A stretch of DNA of 62,955 bases, filler included, from Octopus bimaculoides (lineage: Eukaryota), in assembly GCF_001194135.2 (NCBI RefSeq). It is 4 parts of 4 records of this genome, joined end to end, with 100 filler letters (N's around TTAATTAATTAA, not from the genome) between each part and the next. Parts side by side here need not be neighbours in the genome. Positions count along the whole stretch, not along the records: positions 22,675 to 40,825 come from NC_068995.1; 3 more parts are not named here. One strand, written 5' to 3'. How positions within the stretch are numbered: position 1 is the stretch's first letter; each line of letters opens with the position of its first letter. Shown here one piece after another: positions 22,712 to 35,456 of the stretch. The position numbers were made by a program, and so were the translations under genes. The notes under the pieces are model-generated. The model saw only the letters and a list, made by a program, of their open reading frames with translations. It did not search any database and was not told the origin of the DNA.

Positions 22712-22893
22712 TTCACTGTCTCTCTTTCTTTCTCACTAATATATACGCATGTGTGTAGGTGTATGTAGGTGTGTGTGTACGATTGTATATATATGTCCTG
22801 AATGCAACATATTCTGGCCAATATAATCTGAAGTGTAAGACTAAATTCCTCAAACTGTTCGATCATTAGATCGGTCATTAAGTTAGGATAATA

Positions 22894-23117
22894 CAGTAAT
22901 CCCGCACCATATTGCGATTCACCTATCACGGTTTAATATTTAAGCTTACGTCGATTCCTACGTGGTGCTGTTTTGCATTTATAATACAATAAATATATAA
23001 AAATTATAAAAATAATTTTTTAAATTTATACAGTACAGTACTGTTTCTACTTCGCAGATTTTCACCTATCGCGTGGAGATTTGGAACGTAGCATCCACGA
23101 TAGTCGAGGGATTACTG
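22894..23117. mobile_element. Tigger/pogo-type MITE with TA target-site duplication
   Basis: TA|CAGTAATCCC ... GGGATTACTG|TA, with TA at 22892-22893 and 23118-23119. It also has the internal CAGTACAGTACTG and TTTTCACCTATCGCG motifs typical of Tigger ends. Confidence 0.85.
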
Positions 23118-23196
23118 TAATTATTAATCTGTTTCATTATTAGTCCTCTTTATGCGGAAATTGGCATCAGTCAGCTTCAACATGTTCGAGTGTTCG

Positions 23197-23197
<1 letters not shown>

Positions 23198-23267
<70 letters not shown>
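23198..23267. repeat. (GATA)n microsatellite
   Basis: Direct reading of the sequence. Confidence 0.95.
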
Positions 23268-23269
23268 CT

Positions 23270-23545
23270 TTCTTTTATTAGCCACACAGGGCTGCACACA
23301 GCGGGGACAAATACAACTGTAGAGCTTTTCTTTAAAAAATAAAAAATAAATTTTTTTAAATCCGATCAAAAGGGATCGGTAGGGGCAAAAAAAAAGGGGG
23401 GGCGGGTATCGTATATCACAGAAAATGTCAATTGTGTAAAATGGGGTAACATTAGGTTTATCCATGGAGAGAAAAGCCTACGGAAAAGACCATGGTAACC
23501 TCAGCAGGGAATAGACACATGAGAGCGAAGTGCTCTCTCTCTCTC
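23270..23545 (-). mobile_element. Probable LINE (Tx1-like) 3'UTR fragment
   Basis: The minus strand ends ...GTGTGCAGCCCTGTGTGGCTAATAAAAAGAAA (AATAAA plus A-rich end). The family assignment is from memory only. Confidence 0.4.
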
Positions 23546-23998
23546 TTTTTTTTTTTTCTCGATTTATAGGATCATGCTCAAAGAGGTATCGTCACTCGCA
23601 CGCACCATCTTTGCTACNNNNNNNNNNNNNNNNNNNNNNNNNNNNNNNNNNNNNNNNNNNNNNNNNNNNNNNNNNNNNNNNNNNNNNNNNNNNNNNNNNN
23701 NNNNNNNNNNNNNNNNNNNNNNNNNNNNNNNNNNNNNNNNNNNNNNNNNNNNNNNNNNNNNNNNNNNNNNNNNNNNNNNNNNNNNNNNNNNNNNNNNNNN
23801 NNNNNNNNNNNNNNNNNNNNNNNNNNNNNNNNNNNNNNNNNNNNNNNNNNNNNNNNNNNNNNNNNNNNNNNNNNNNNNNNNNNNNNNNNNNNNNNNNNNN
23901 NNNNNNNNNNNNNNNNNNNNNNNNNNNNNNNNNNNNNNNNNNNNNNNNNNNNNNNNNNNNNNNNNNNNNNNNNNNNNNNNNNNNNNNNNNNNNNNNNN

Positions 23999-24068
<70 letters not shown>

Positions 24069-24772
24069 GCCAAACCAATAAAATTAACATTAACAAGAAA
24101 TGTAAGAAACACATTGTTTTGCTTTTCTTTTCAATTTCTTCGTCTACTTTAGTCGAAGATATTAATATAGCGATTACTTCTATTCTCGCTTTTATGTTGA
24201 TCCTCCGGCTGCTAGACACTCCACTACCACCATCACTACGTCACATGATGACTCGTTTGTCAATGACGTGTTGATCCGTTTCTTCTTCCATAGGTCGTCG
24301 TTTGCATCAGTGCTAATTTCATTACTTTTGTTTATACGTAAATGAATCCGTCAAAAGTTATAGTTTACCATAGTTACATATGCAGATGTCGAACACAGCC
24401 GTCATGTTTTATAACTTTTTTTCATTATTTCTTAATTAAGTGCCTTGTCTTAATGACTGATTACAAATTGTTTCTGCCTGAAACTAATTCATAATTCATA
24501 TCATTTCAAACGAGTCGTCGTTATTGTTTAGCCATAGGTAAATCATCATTGAGTATATTTAGCATCAACTACGTTTCGTAATCTTTTATTCCAGTTACAT
24601 TTTGGACAGCATTATACAGAAATTCGAATGTAAATCAAATTCCATGGACCTCGTTTCAACAGCTATTTCATCATCATCGTAGTCTTGTGGGATTTTTTAT
24701 AACTTGAACTATATTACTTATGTTGTTTGGTTCTTCTACTTCGTCTTTCTTAGTTATTTTGTGATCTCTTCC

Positions 24773-24927
24773 GTGGAGGCGCAATGGCCCAGTGGTTAGG
24801 GCAGCGGACTCGAGGTCATAGGATCGCGGTTTCGATTCCCAGACCGGGTGTTGTGAGTGTTTATTGAGCGAAAACACCTAAAGTTCCACGAGGCTCCGGC
24901 AGGGGATGGTGGCGAACCTTCCTGTAC
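24773..24927 (+). mobile_element. 5' fragment of tRNA-derived SINE family C
   Basis: GTGGAGGCGCAATGGCCCAGTGGTTAGGGCAGCGGACTCG (A box) ... GGTTTCGATTCCC (B box) ... TTGAGCGAAAACACCTAAAG. Confidence 0.8.
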
Positions 24928-26163
24928 ACACACACAGACTCACATATGCATGAAATTTAATGTTAATACATCGTCGAAAAGCGAGTTTACTGCTGTATTC
25001 GTCCGGTGATAATGTGTACTATTGTCGTGATATATTTAAAAACACAATATATATCTGAGGGAGACAAAAATCGCTCCAACTACAGCAAACAGATACTCCA
25101 GATGCATTTCAGCATTATTGAACCTTGTCAATAGTGTGTACTCACAACGATCCACACGCTTATACGAGATTTCTTGCCTACTATCTACCGTGATATAGCG
25201 TGTTTACATTAACGTATTTACATTAAATATAATAATATAAATAATATATAAATATATGCATATATCCATACATATATGTACATACCTACATCTATATGTA
25301 TACATACATGCATATATGGGTACAGGACATCAAAAAAACGTTAAACACAATGAGAAACGAAAACATAAAAACGAAAAAAATATATATATATATATACACA
25401 CACACATACATACCTTTGTGTGTGTGTGTTTGTACATACATGCATACATACATACATACATGCATACATACATACATACATACATACATACATACATACA
25501 TACATACATACATACATACATAAGCAGGCACTTGAAAATCTTGTGTTTCATTTGCGTTTCTAAATCGTCAGAATGTATGTACGTGTATGTCCCTATGTAT
25601 TCGCACATGTGTGTGTTTGCGTGTTTTTCGGTACAACCACAAATGTATACCAGTATATAAAAATGTTTGTTTATTTTAATGTGTGGTTTGACTTGTTTTT
25701 GGTTAGATGATATCTACAGCTATAAGCTCTAGATTTGATGGAATTAGGTATTATTTACTGAAATCTACCGCAAAACTTTGAAAAACTTTACGCAAAAATA
25801 GAAATATATATTTATTTATTATTATATTTTCTGTAAGTTTTCCAGTTTAAATGCAGAAAAGGTATATTATTGGGCTAGGTTTTACATAGAAAAAAATAGA
25901 CTTTTTTAAATGGCGATATTTCGACTCGGTTTATACTAGCTTCGGTTCTAGTTTGTGGTAAAAGCAGAGTATATATACAAGAAATTGTTATTTTATCTGT
26001 TTTACTAACGAACGTAACATATGTAAGCATATATTTCTCATATGCCTATATGCGCAAGAAGCACAAATTTATGTCTGGATAAAAAAGAAATGTTTATTTT
26101 AATATATTTGCACTGGAAAAGGAGACCAGTCAATACATGTTTTAATAGGTACCCACTGGCACA

Positions 26164-26322
26164 GGCGACGAGCTGGCTGAACCGGTAGGACGCCGGGGGG
26201 GAAAATGCTTAGCGGCATGACATTCCATCCGTGTTTAGTGAGTTCTGATTCCTCCGTATATTCTTAGTTCAAATCCATCCCGTGGTCAACTTTGCTTTCA
26301 TCCTTTCGAGGTGGTAAAATAC
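26164..26322 (+). mobile_element. Degenerate family-B SINE
   Basis: GGCGACGAGCTGGC...AAATGCTTAGCGGC...GTTCAAATCC...GGTCAACTTTGCTTTCATCCTTTCGAGG. Confidence 0.75.
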
Positions 26323-26433
26323 AAAACCTCGCGTTGCGGTGATTTAGTTTTATAGTTACCTTGTGTTGGAGTTGTATAATGATGTGAGTACATGGGAATG
26401 GAATTTTACGTTGTGCTGACGTTACTTAGTATT

Positions 26434-26910
26434 GCAGGAGGAGGAGGAGGAGAAGGGCGAGGAAGATGTGGAGAAAATTAAAACTATTATTCTCATGGTA
26501 ATAATGATCACAGTGATAATAATACGTATGATAACTGTAGTTCTGCTGTTGCTGCTGATGATGATGATGATGATGATGACAAAGTATGAGGAGGAGGAGA
26601 AAGAAAAAGAGGTGATGAAAAGGGAGAAAGAAAGGGAGGCAGAGAAGGTGAGGAGGAGGAGGAGGAGGAGGAGAAGCAGGTGGAACAGAAGCAGGAGGAG
26701 GAGAGGTAGTGATGCGGTGTTTTTTGTCTTGTTGAAAAATTATAATGAGCCTAATAGTGATGATGACTGTGATGATGGAAATAACGGTAGTGAAGAGGAT
26801 GTTGGTGGTAGTGGTGGTAGTGGTGGTGGTGGTGTCGACGATAGTGTTGATGATGATGATGATGATGATGATGCGTTATCTATCTATCTATATATCTATA
26901 TATAGATATA
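26434..26910. repeat. Degenerate (GAG)/(GAT)/(GGT) low-complexity tract
   Basis: Direct reading. ORF 26432-26905 is compositional only. Confidence 0.85.
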
Positions 26911-27345
26911 TATATATATAAAATATATAAAATGCCAGAATATTTTCCATGATGATATAGCGTCTTATTGATTAGCATTAGATTTTTGAAATAAAGCTGT
27001 TTTTTTTTTTTTCTCCCGACCGAATCAAAGAAATGATGGAGTATCAAAAAAATTTTCTTCGTGATTCTTCTCCTCTTCCTTCTTCTTCTCTTCCTTCTTC
27101 TCCTCTACCTTCTCCTCTTTTATCTCCTCTGGTCACAAATAGCCAAACACTGTGGCTGTGAAAACAAGTGAAAACGTCTATTTCTGAAACAACCCAAATT
27201 TAGTCGTCACCTTTGACCTGCAACGGCTAACCTAAAACCCAGGTTTTTATCTAGATTTTATTTTATAATATTTCTCATTAATTTACCGTCTTTGCTGTTT
27301 GGTTCTATTTGATTTTTTGTTCAAATGATCCGGAAGAAGAGTTCC

Positions 27346-27386
<41 letters not shown>

Positions 27387-27388
27387 CC

Positions 27389-27678
27389 ATTATTATTATT
27401 ATTATTACTATTATTGAGTGAGTGAATGAGTGAGAGAGCAGTGCATGCCATCAAAGTGACACTGGGGTAAAATATACGAAGCCCAGTATACCCATCATGA
27501 CTACCCATCATGACTACACCTGGTACATGCATCACAACCATATGTGCGTGACATGGTGATCTCATATCAAGATAAACAACGCATTACCTTGCAGGGAAGC
27601 CCAGTTAGAATTTTTCTTCAGGTCGAGTAGCCCATCCCGCTCAAAAGGTCCCTGAATAAAGGTTGTTTAAGGATGTTG
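27389..27678 (-). mobile_element. 5'-truncated copy of the (AAT)n-tailed element at 21566-22164
   Basis: It is the reverse complement of ~21861-22117, has the tail at 27389-27415 and carries a 13-bp internal duplication at 27489-27514. Confidence 0.85.
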
Positions 27679-27687
27679 GTGGTGGAG

Positions 27688-27735
<48 letters not shown>

Positions 27736-27814
27736 TGTCGGTACCGGTTAATTTAGTTAACAGGGATTTTATTTTGAGGTTTGGTGACAAGTCCCACCAA
27801 GGGGTTTTTTTTTC

Positions 27815-28174
27815 TTAAGATTCTTGCAGAATATAAGATCTTTTTCTCAACAATGCGAGTTTCAATTCAAATCTCTTTCGGTTCTTTTTAAGCAGGATTT
27901 TGAGTGTTGTGCCAAGCGCACCAATTACCTCAGGGATAATTGTTGTCTTAGTTCTCCACAGTCTCCTCAACTCTCTAGCTAGATCTTGGTATTTCTCAAT
28001 TTTTTTTTCCATTTCTTTGCAATCGACTTTGCTATCATAGGAAATTGCAAAATTTATAATCTTACGCTGTTTGGTTTTGTCCTTTGTAATCATATCTGGT
28101 ACTTTTACTTTAATAGTATTGTCAGTCTTTATAAAGTAGTCCCCAAAGGTCCTGTAATTCTCATTTTCTATCAA
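27815..28174 (-). mobile_element. Dong/R4-clade LINE REL endonuclease domain relic
   Basis: ENENY...PDMI..DK...INFAISYD...EKKIEKYQDLARELRRLW...IIPEVIGALGT (PD..D...K.Y-type REL motif). Confidence 0.85.
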
Positions 28175-28490
28175 AGCCTCTGAATCGTACTCCTATCACA
28201 AATGTAACCTAGTCTTGTCTGGTTTGCTATGCTGATTAAAAGTGTTAAAGACGAACAGAGATGGAGTCGAGAATGAACTTCTTTGGAATATGCTTATAAA
28301 AGAGATTGAGTTAGTTCTTATCATAACCTCTTTTTTCTGTAGCTGCAGAATTATTCACCATCACTTCGACCTTTGTTTCTTCTGAGGATAATGGCTTTGC
28401 AAATCAGTAACTGAATTACTGAGAATCAATAAAATTTTCCTTTGTGTGGAGAGGTCTCATTATGTACGTTCTCGGTATTATATTTTATTT

Positions 28491-28936
28491 GGAACTGGCA
28501 GAATCATTAGAGTGTCAGGAAAATGCTTAGTGGTACTTGTTCCATTATTTTAACATTCTGAGTTCAAACTACACTGAGATCATCTTTCCTTTAATCCATC
28601 CAATGTCAATAATATCAAGTACCAAGGTGGCGAGCTAGCAGAAAAGTTGGCACGCCGGGCGAAATGCTTAGCGGTATTTCGTCTGTCTTTACGTTCTGAG
28701 TTCAAATTCCGCCGAGGTCGACTTTGCCTTTCATCCTTTCGAGATCGATAAATTAAGTACCAGTTGCGAACTGGGGTCAATCTAATTGACTAGCCCTCTC
28801 TCCAAAAGTTTCGGGCCTCGTGCCTAGAGTAGAAAAGAAAAGAATAATATAAAGTACCAATCAAGTGACAAAATCGATGTAATGGATTACAGCCCTCATC
28901 TGAAATCTTTAGGACTTATACTTGGGAACAAGAATT
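28491..28936 (+). mobile_element. Old family-B SINE split by a younger family-B insertion
   Basis: The 5' half is at 28491-28625 (CTGGCAGAATCATTAGAG...AAATGCTTAG...GAGTTCAAA) and the 3' half at ~28861-28936 (ATCGATGTAATGGATT...). Confidence 0.65.
28626..28842 (+). mobile_element. Full-length young family-B (CORE-like) SINE with 18-bp TSD
   Basis: TSD AATAATATCAAGTACCAA (28608-28625) / AATAATATAAAGTACCAA (28843-28860). The body contains GTTCAAATTCC (B box) and GCCTTTCATCCTTTCG...AAGTACCAG (CORE-like). Confidence 0.92.
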
Positions 28937-29699
28937 TTTAAAATAATGGAGAGCATACATAAAAATCATGTACACTTTTTGCATTAGTCAGAGTTGTGTC
29001 CCCATCTTCATTGTTACTTTCACTATGTTTCGACTGTTATACTCGTCTTGTGATTCACTTTGATGCTTTGCCTGGGATTGAACCCAGAACCTCCAGGTGA
29101 CAGCACTGAATTAACCAAAGCTTTTTCTTGCAAATGTCTTAGTTTAACGTTTTGAAATCAAATTTCCAGTGTAGACAATATTTTATATACAGTCTTTCTC
29201 TATCTCCATCAATGCTGTCTGTTATCTCAGATTTTGATTTATATCTAACTTTTCTCGAAGATTTAAAACAGTATATTTGTTTTGTGTTGGTTTTTGCAGC
29301 TATTTGTTTTAATTTCCTATTTATTCTTTTCTCTATATGTTTGTACTCCAACCATAGATTTGCTTTTAATTTCATTGCTCCAAAATATCCATACCTCCCT
29401 GGCTTCATAGTAAATAAAATAGACATCAAGCTAGAAAAACAGAAGAATAAATGTCACAATGAGAGAGAAGTGAAAGACATTTTATAGCTGTCAACCAGAA
29501 ATATGGTCGAAACTAAAGGACTTCATATTTCTTGCTAAATATAACTTTATTCTTTTGGCTTTTGGATGATGTATTCTGAATACAGTCAGTTTATTTCTCT
29601 TGTTTTTCTCACAAGTTTTTCTATTTATTACTTAAACAGATTTTTAAAACTTATCTTACGTTGGAGTTTAGCCCAGTCTTAATCATTTATTTATAATAT

Positions 29700-29822
29700 C
29701 CCTTCCTAATCTTTTCCTTTATTTCTGTGTATTACACTCCGTCTTGTTTATTAATTTTTAAGTATTTAAAGTTTGCGTTTATCATCATTTCTTATCACTG
29801 TGCTTTTTCTGGGGGTTTTCTT

Positions 29823-29857
<35 letters not shown>

Positions 29858-31300
29858 CGTTAATTAGTTTGTTTTGTCATATCGATTATTACTCTTGTTT
29901 TTCTGAAGATAGTTTCGGTGCATTTTTTTGCTAAACTAAATTTCCCGCCAGTCTCCCAACTAAATCTGTGTGCAGTCTATCGTAATATTCTAGTTGCTTG
30001 TCATAAAATAGGATATACACCTTAAGGTCTCCCCTCCTGCACGAGGGATAGTAGATTGTATCTGTCTAGTCCGGTTTAGTTTGTTTATTGAAGATTATTT
30101 AACCCGGCACAAAAGCAATGGAACTCTTCTAATAATGATTGGTTTCCTATTTACAGTTCACTCTTTTGTTCGTTTCTAATGAACTGCTTTCTATTTATTC
30201 ATGACTTGTTTGATTTATCTGAGTTTAATTAGAGCCACCTTGTTTATGTCCGACAATATCACTGGAAGGCTTTGCCCAAAACCCCTTAATCAATCCATGT
30301 GATTCTCAACCCCCTCTCTTCTCTTCTACACTCTTCAGTTATGGATCTGCTCATTAGTTACTTTATTGCTAAAACTTTTCGTTCTTTTTTTTTATCATTT
30401 ATTTATTTATATGAACATTTACTTTTAACGATAAATCTAAATGTTAAGCTTTTGTGTATTATAGGGTATTGTCGGTTACAGGTTACAAGCGTTAGGTTTG
30501 GAGGTCTGGCATTTCGTTCATCTTGCCAATTATATAATTATTTTCTTGCCTTGAGTTACTTCTGACTCTTTCAGTTAAAACGCCTGAATATTTTTGCGAG
30601 CAGTTTAAGAGTACCTATTAAGTATCGAAACCTCTCATATACAAGTAACTTCCAGTTGTTTGTAGTCTATAGTATCTGAGCTACATACTGATAGGTTATT
30701 TTTTCGAGAAGTTATTCAGATGTTACATCTGTTGCCTTTAACGTTCTCTCTACACCTCTCGCAGTTGACACTACAATATTTTCTGTTCTATTTTCACATA
30801 GTTCATTAAAAAAATCCTTCTACCCTTTCATCGATTTCAGATACTTAAATTATATACTTCATTTCTGTAGTATACGAGTCACATTTTTTCTTTCTTTTTT
30901 TTTTTTTTCGTTTGTGTATTTTTGTTATTCATCTTACTAAGAATTGAATGATCTCTTCATTTTGTTGTCTATGTTTCTCTGTATCTTTCTTTTCCAAGTT
31001 GTTTGTTTCGGCTCAACTGTTCCTAAAGCTTCACAAAGTAGCCACTTTCTTCTAAGGTACTACAGATGCTGGGCAAATTGAGTTATCCTGGTCATAATGA
31101 TGTTTGTGCTGGTTTTCACTAAAACTACGATGACCAGATTTGCGTTTTTTTATGGTTGTTACAATGTTATCATTGCATTTTATTATTGGTCTTCTTTTTG
31201 GTCAACAGGATGAGCTTTCGATTTTTAATTCCTTAACCATTTCCACCTTATGATTATAATCATATTCAAAATATCATTCTTTAGAATGTTCTATTTTAAA
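29700..31300 (-). mobile_element. Long, heavily decayed Dong/R4-type LINE relic
   Basis: Minus-strand remnants read WKRKIQRNID, NWKL..E.F...L..LAKIF and a possible zinc-knuckle-region remnant. No open frame remains. Confidence 0.5.
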
Positions 31301-32071
31301 ATCTTTCTAATATTCTCTTTCATTCGAAATTTTGTTTGTGTTGTTCTAGTTTGATTTTTGTTGTTGTTGCTGTTGCTCAATAATCTGTTGGTGAACTTTG
31401 GTTATAATTTCATATTTTTTTTGTTTTGGTTAGAAAATATATAGTCTAACTTTATGATTTACGTTCTCAATGTTTACCATTTTCATATTTTAATTCTTCG
31501 TTTGTATTTTTTATTGATAGACTATTTTGCTCATTGTTTATATATTTGTTATCCATTCTTTCTTTCGAGCATTCTATTTTTATGTCTGATATCTGTTTAA
31601 CTTTAAGAATGTATATTTTATACTTACTAACTTATTTGAATCTATAGCTACTTAGTTATTTTGTGGTGGTGTTATTGTTTATTCAGATTTTATATGTATA
31701 TATATATAAGTCTGTGTGTTGCAGTAGTCTCGTTTTGAGAATGAAGTGTAGCTGTAACATATGAGATATGTACGTGTGTGTGTGTGTGTNNNNNNNNNNN
31801 NNNNNNNNNNNNNNNNNNNNNNNNNNNNNNNNNNNNNNNNNNNNNNNNNNNNNNNNNNNNNNNNNNNNNNNNNNNNNNNNNNNNNNNNNNNNNNNNNNNN
31901 NNNNNNNNNNTCATTATTTTGAAGGATTTTTTTCATTATGCTTTAATGTAGGCATGTAAGTATTTTTTTTTTTTATCATTAAATATAATCTAAATCATTT
32001 ACATGCTTTTAAGTTACGAAACAATTTATCGTGAAATTAGAATTTTCTTACTGTTAAATAGAATTTCATCA

Positions 32072-32435
32072 AATTATTTCTCTGGCGTTTGTGATTTTAT
32101 ACACTTCCTATCATTTTTTCTTGTATTGTACTATATATTCTATGTTTTGTTGAATGATACATTAAAGAGCTTTCGTGGTTTAAATATGTTTGTGTGTGTG
32201 TGTGTTGTACAATATATTATGTTTCCTGCACAATTCATAAACTTTGCAGTATAATTATTTCTCTGTCGTTTGTGATTTTATACACTCCTTATCATTTTCT
32301 CTTGTATTGTACTATATATTCTATGTTTTGTTGAATGATACATTAAAGAGCTTTCGTGGTTTAAATATGTTTGTGTGTGTGTGTGTGTTGTACAATATAT
32401 TATGTTTCCTGCACAATTCATAAACTTTACAGTAT
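32072..32435. repeat. Near-identical tandem duplication of ~181-183 bp
   Basis: Copy 1 is 32072-32252 and copy 2 is 32253-32435. They differ by a few substitutions and one GT unit. Confidence 0.9.
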
Positions 32436-33782
32436 AATTTATGCAGTATATAATTTACAGTGTATAAAATTGTATAGGTTATGCACACTGTGCAGTTTAT
32501 AATTGCACAAAAATATAAGTCGATAAAAAATATATATAAAATTGTGCTTTAAATCTTCCCCTATTTTATACACTGCACAAGAAACGTCATAATAAATTAC
32601 CTGTTACTTGAGATTAAGCACGAATCGAAAATGTCCGTTGGTACTGAGCTTATACAACTTACATTAAGTTAACCACTGTTTCTGACGTCTGTGCAATTAA
32701 GATGACTCAAGAATTCACTTTAAATGTTTATCTACATCCAAAAGTAATTCTAAGACCAAAACGAAACAGTAATAAGTGCTTGCGGTAAAATCAATTATTT
32801 TTTATACATGTTTTTAGTGGAGTAAATCTTTAGATAGATGCATTTGTATTTACAGTTAACTTGTAAAGCTATTGTAAAGTAGGTTTGTTAATGTGTTTTA
32901 CATCTCCATTGCATTCTAGAAAGTCATAATGGAAACGACATTAGCGTCAAATTACTTAGAATTTCCCCTGGATGAATGTTTAAATGGGTGGCATTACATT
33001 AAAATTTGATTATTTCTCTAAAGGTGACCGAATGATTCTTGTTAAAATTGTATCTAATTTGACATCCTTCAATGTAATTTAAGATAAGGGGAAGGCAATG
33101 TTTAAAGACTGACCATAACGTGGGACAAATGGACTCGAGTAAGATGTAAGGAGCATCACACCTGGTTATATTTCCTTAATGGTTTCAGCGATTGCTCAAG
33201 AGACGACTGTATTTGACAGAAATAAATGTTTCACACGTGAATTTTGATATAGTTTAAGGTACAATACCAAGATCTGCTACTGTTTTTATTACTTTTGCTG
33301 GTGAAGGTCGAATGTGGCAGTGCTGTTTAGGATTGTAGTGGTAGGGATAGTGGCGTTGGTGGTACTGGTAGTGTTGGTTGTTATAGTGGTGGTTAATGGT
33401 AATGGTGCTGCAGTGTCGGTGGTGGTGCAAGTAATTGTCCTGTGGTGATATTTAACCCTCTGGTCAACCTCATCAAGAAGACCAATGACCAAAAGCTTGC
33501 ACTCAAGAATTTGATCATAGGTCTTCTGAACCCCTGGCACTCTTGAATATATGACTCTGAAGCGATGTGTTATACTTATGGCTCTTCACTGTATTAAACA
33601 TATATCACTTTGGAACATTGTCTTTTCAAATGTCTGAAGTGTATGACTTCACAGACTTACAAGAAATCACAGGAATTTTGTTATCTTAATTCTATAACAT
33701 ATCAACTTTGCTCGGAGGAAAAAAGGTGACGGCATTGTAAAATGTCTCATATTGTTGTTTTCATCAGTTCAACGAATTCTTT

Positions 33783-33828
<46 letters not shown>

Positions 33829-33932
33829 AAAACACACAAACACACAAACATACACACATACATCTACATGCGTACACACATATAATGTGTAATATGTGTG
33901 TATATAAATACGCGTGTGTGCATATATATGTG

Positions 33933-33974
<42 letters not shown>

Positions 33975-35417
33975 NNNNNNNNNNNNNNNNNNNNNNNNNN
34001 NNNNNNNNNNNNNNNNNNNNNNNNNNNNNNNNNNNNNNNNNNNNNNNNNNNNNNNNNNNNNNNNNNNNNNNNNNNNNNNNNNNNNNNNNNNNNNNNNNNN
34101 NNNNNNNNNNNNNNNNNNNNNNNNNNNNNNNNNNNNNNNNNNNNNNNNNNNNNNNNNNNNNNNNNNNNNNNNNNNNNNNNNNNNNNNNNNNNNNNNNNNN
34201 NNNNNNNNNNNNNNNNNNNNNNNNNNNNNNNNNNNNNNNNNNNNNNNNNNNNNNNNNNNNNNNNNNNNNNNNNNNNNNNNNNNNNNNNNNNNNNNNNNNN
34301 NNNNNNNNNNNNNNNNNNNNNNNNNNNNNNNNNNNNNNNNNNNNNNNNNNNNNNNNNNNNNNNNNNNNNNNNNNNNNNNNNNNNNNNNNNNNNNNNNNNN
34401 NNNNNNNNNNNNNNNNNNNNNNNNNNNNNNNNNNNNNNNNNNNNNNNNNNNNNNNNNNNNNNNNNNNNNNNNNNNNNNNNNNNNNNNNNNNNNNNNNNNN
34501 NNNNNNNNNNNNNNNNNNNNNNNNNNNNNNNNNNNNNNNNNNNNNNNNNNNNNNNNNNNNNNNNNNNNNNNNNNNNNNNNNNNNNNNNNNNNNNNNNNNN
34601 NNNNNNNNNNNNNNNNNNNNNNNNNNNNNNNNNNNNNNNNNNNNNNNNNNNNNNNNNNNNNNNNNNNNNNNNNNNNNNNNNNNNNNNNNNNNNNNNNNNN
34701 NNNNNNNNNNNNNNNNNNNNNNNNNNNNNNNNNNNNNNNNNNNNNNNNNNNNNNNNNNNNNNNNNNNNNNNNNNNNNNNNNNNNNNNNNNNNNNNNNNNN
34801 NNNNNNNNNNNNNNNNNNNNNNNNNNNNNNNNNNNNNNNNNNNNNNNNNNNNNNNNNNNNNNNNNNNNNNNNNNNNNNNNNNNNNNNNNNNNNNNNNNNN
34901 NNNNNNNNNNNNNNNNNNNNNNNNNNNNNNNNNNNNNNNNNNTATATATATATATATATATATATATATGTAAATATATATATATATGTATATATATATA
35001 TGTATGTATATATATGTATATATATGTATATACACATACATATATACACATACATATATACACATACATATATACACATACATATATATAAGCATTTCTC
35101 TTTTAGTAGTTAGAATATATTACGATGATATTTGTTCTTTGTGTGCTGAAAGGAGTTAGACTAATGAGCGGGAGTGACATTGAGTCATAGACGTGCAATT
35201 ATATACGTTTTAATTATATCAAGACCGCAGGTGAAATGAAGGAGGTGGAATCAAATGATAGCACAAAATTTAAAGCTAACTTTTCATAAAATGTTCCTTT
35301 ACTTAAGTTTACAGGCTTCTTGCTTACAAATGAGATTCAAAATTCCTGTCTGGATTCTCAGCCGCCGGGCTAAGTCTTCTCTATTTTGTTTCAAAACCCG
35401 ACCACTCACACGCACGT

Positions 35418-35456
<39 letters not shown>

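Noticed and set aside
24773-24845. tRNA-like sequences with A and B boxes (also at 49040-49110, 54307-54370 and others)
   Set aside because: These are heads of multi-copy SINEs that continue into SINE bodies, with no complete cloverleaf or acceptor stem.
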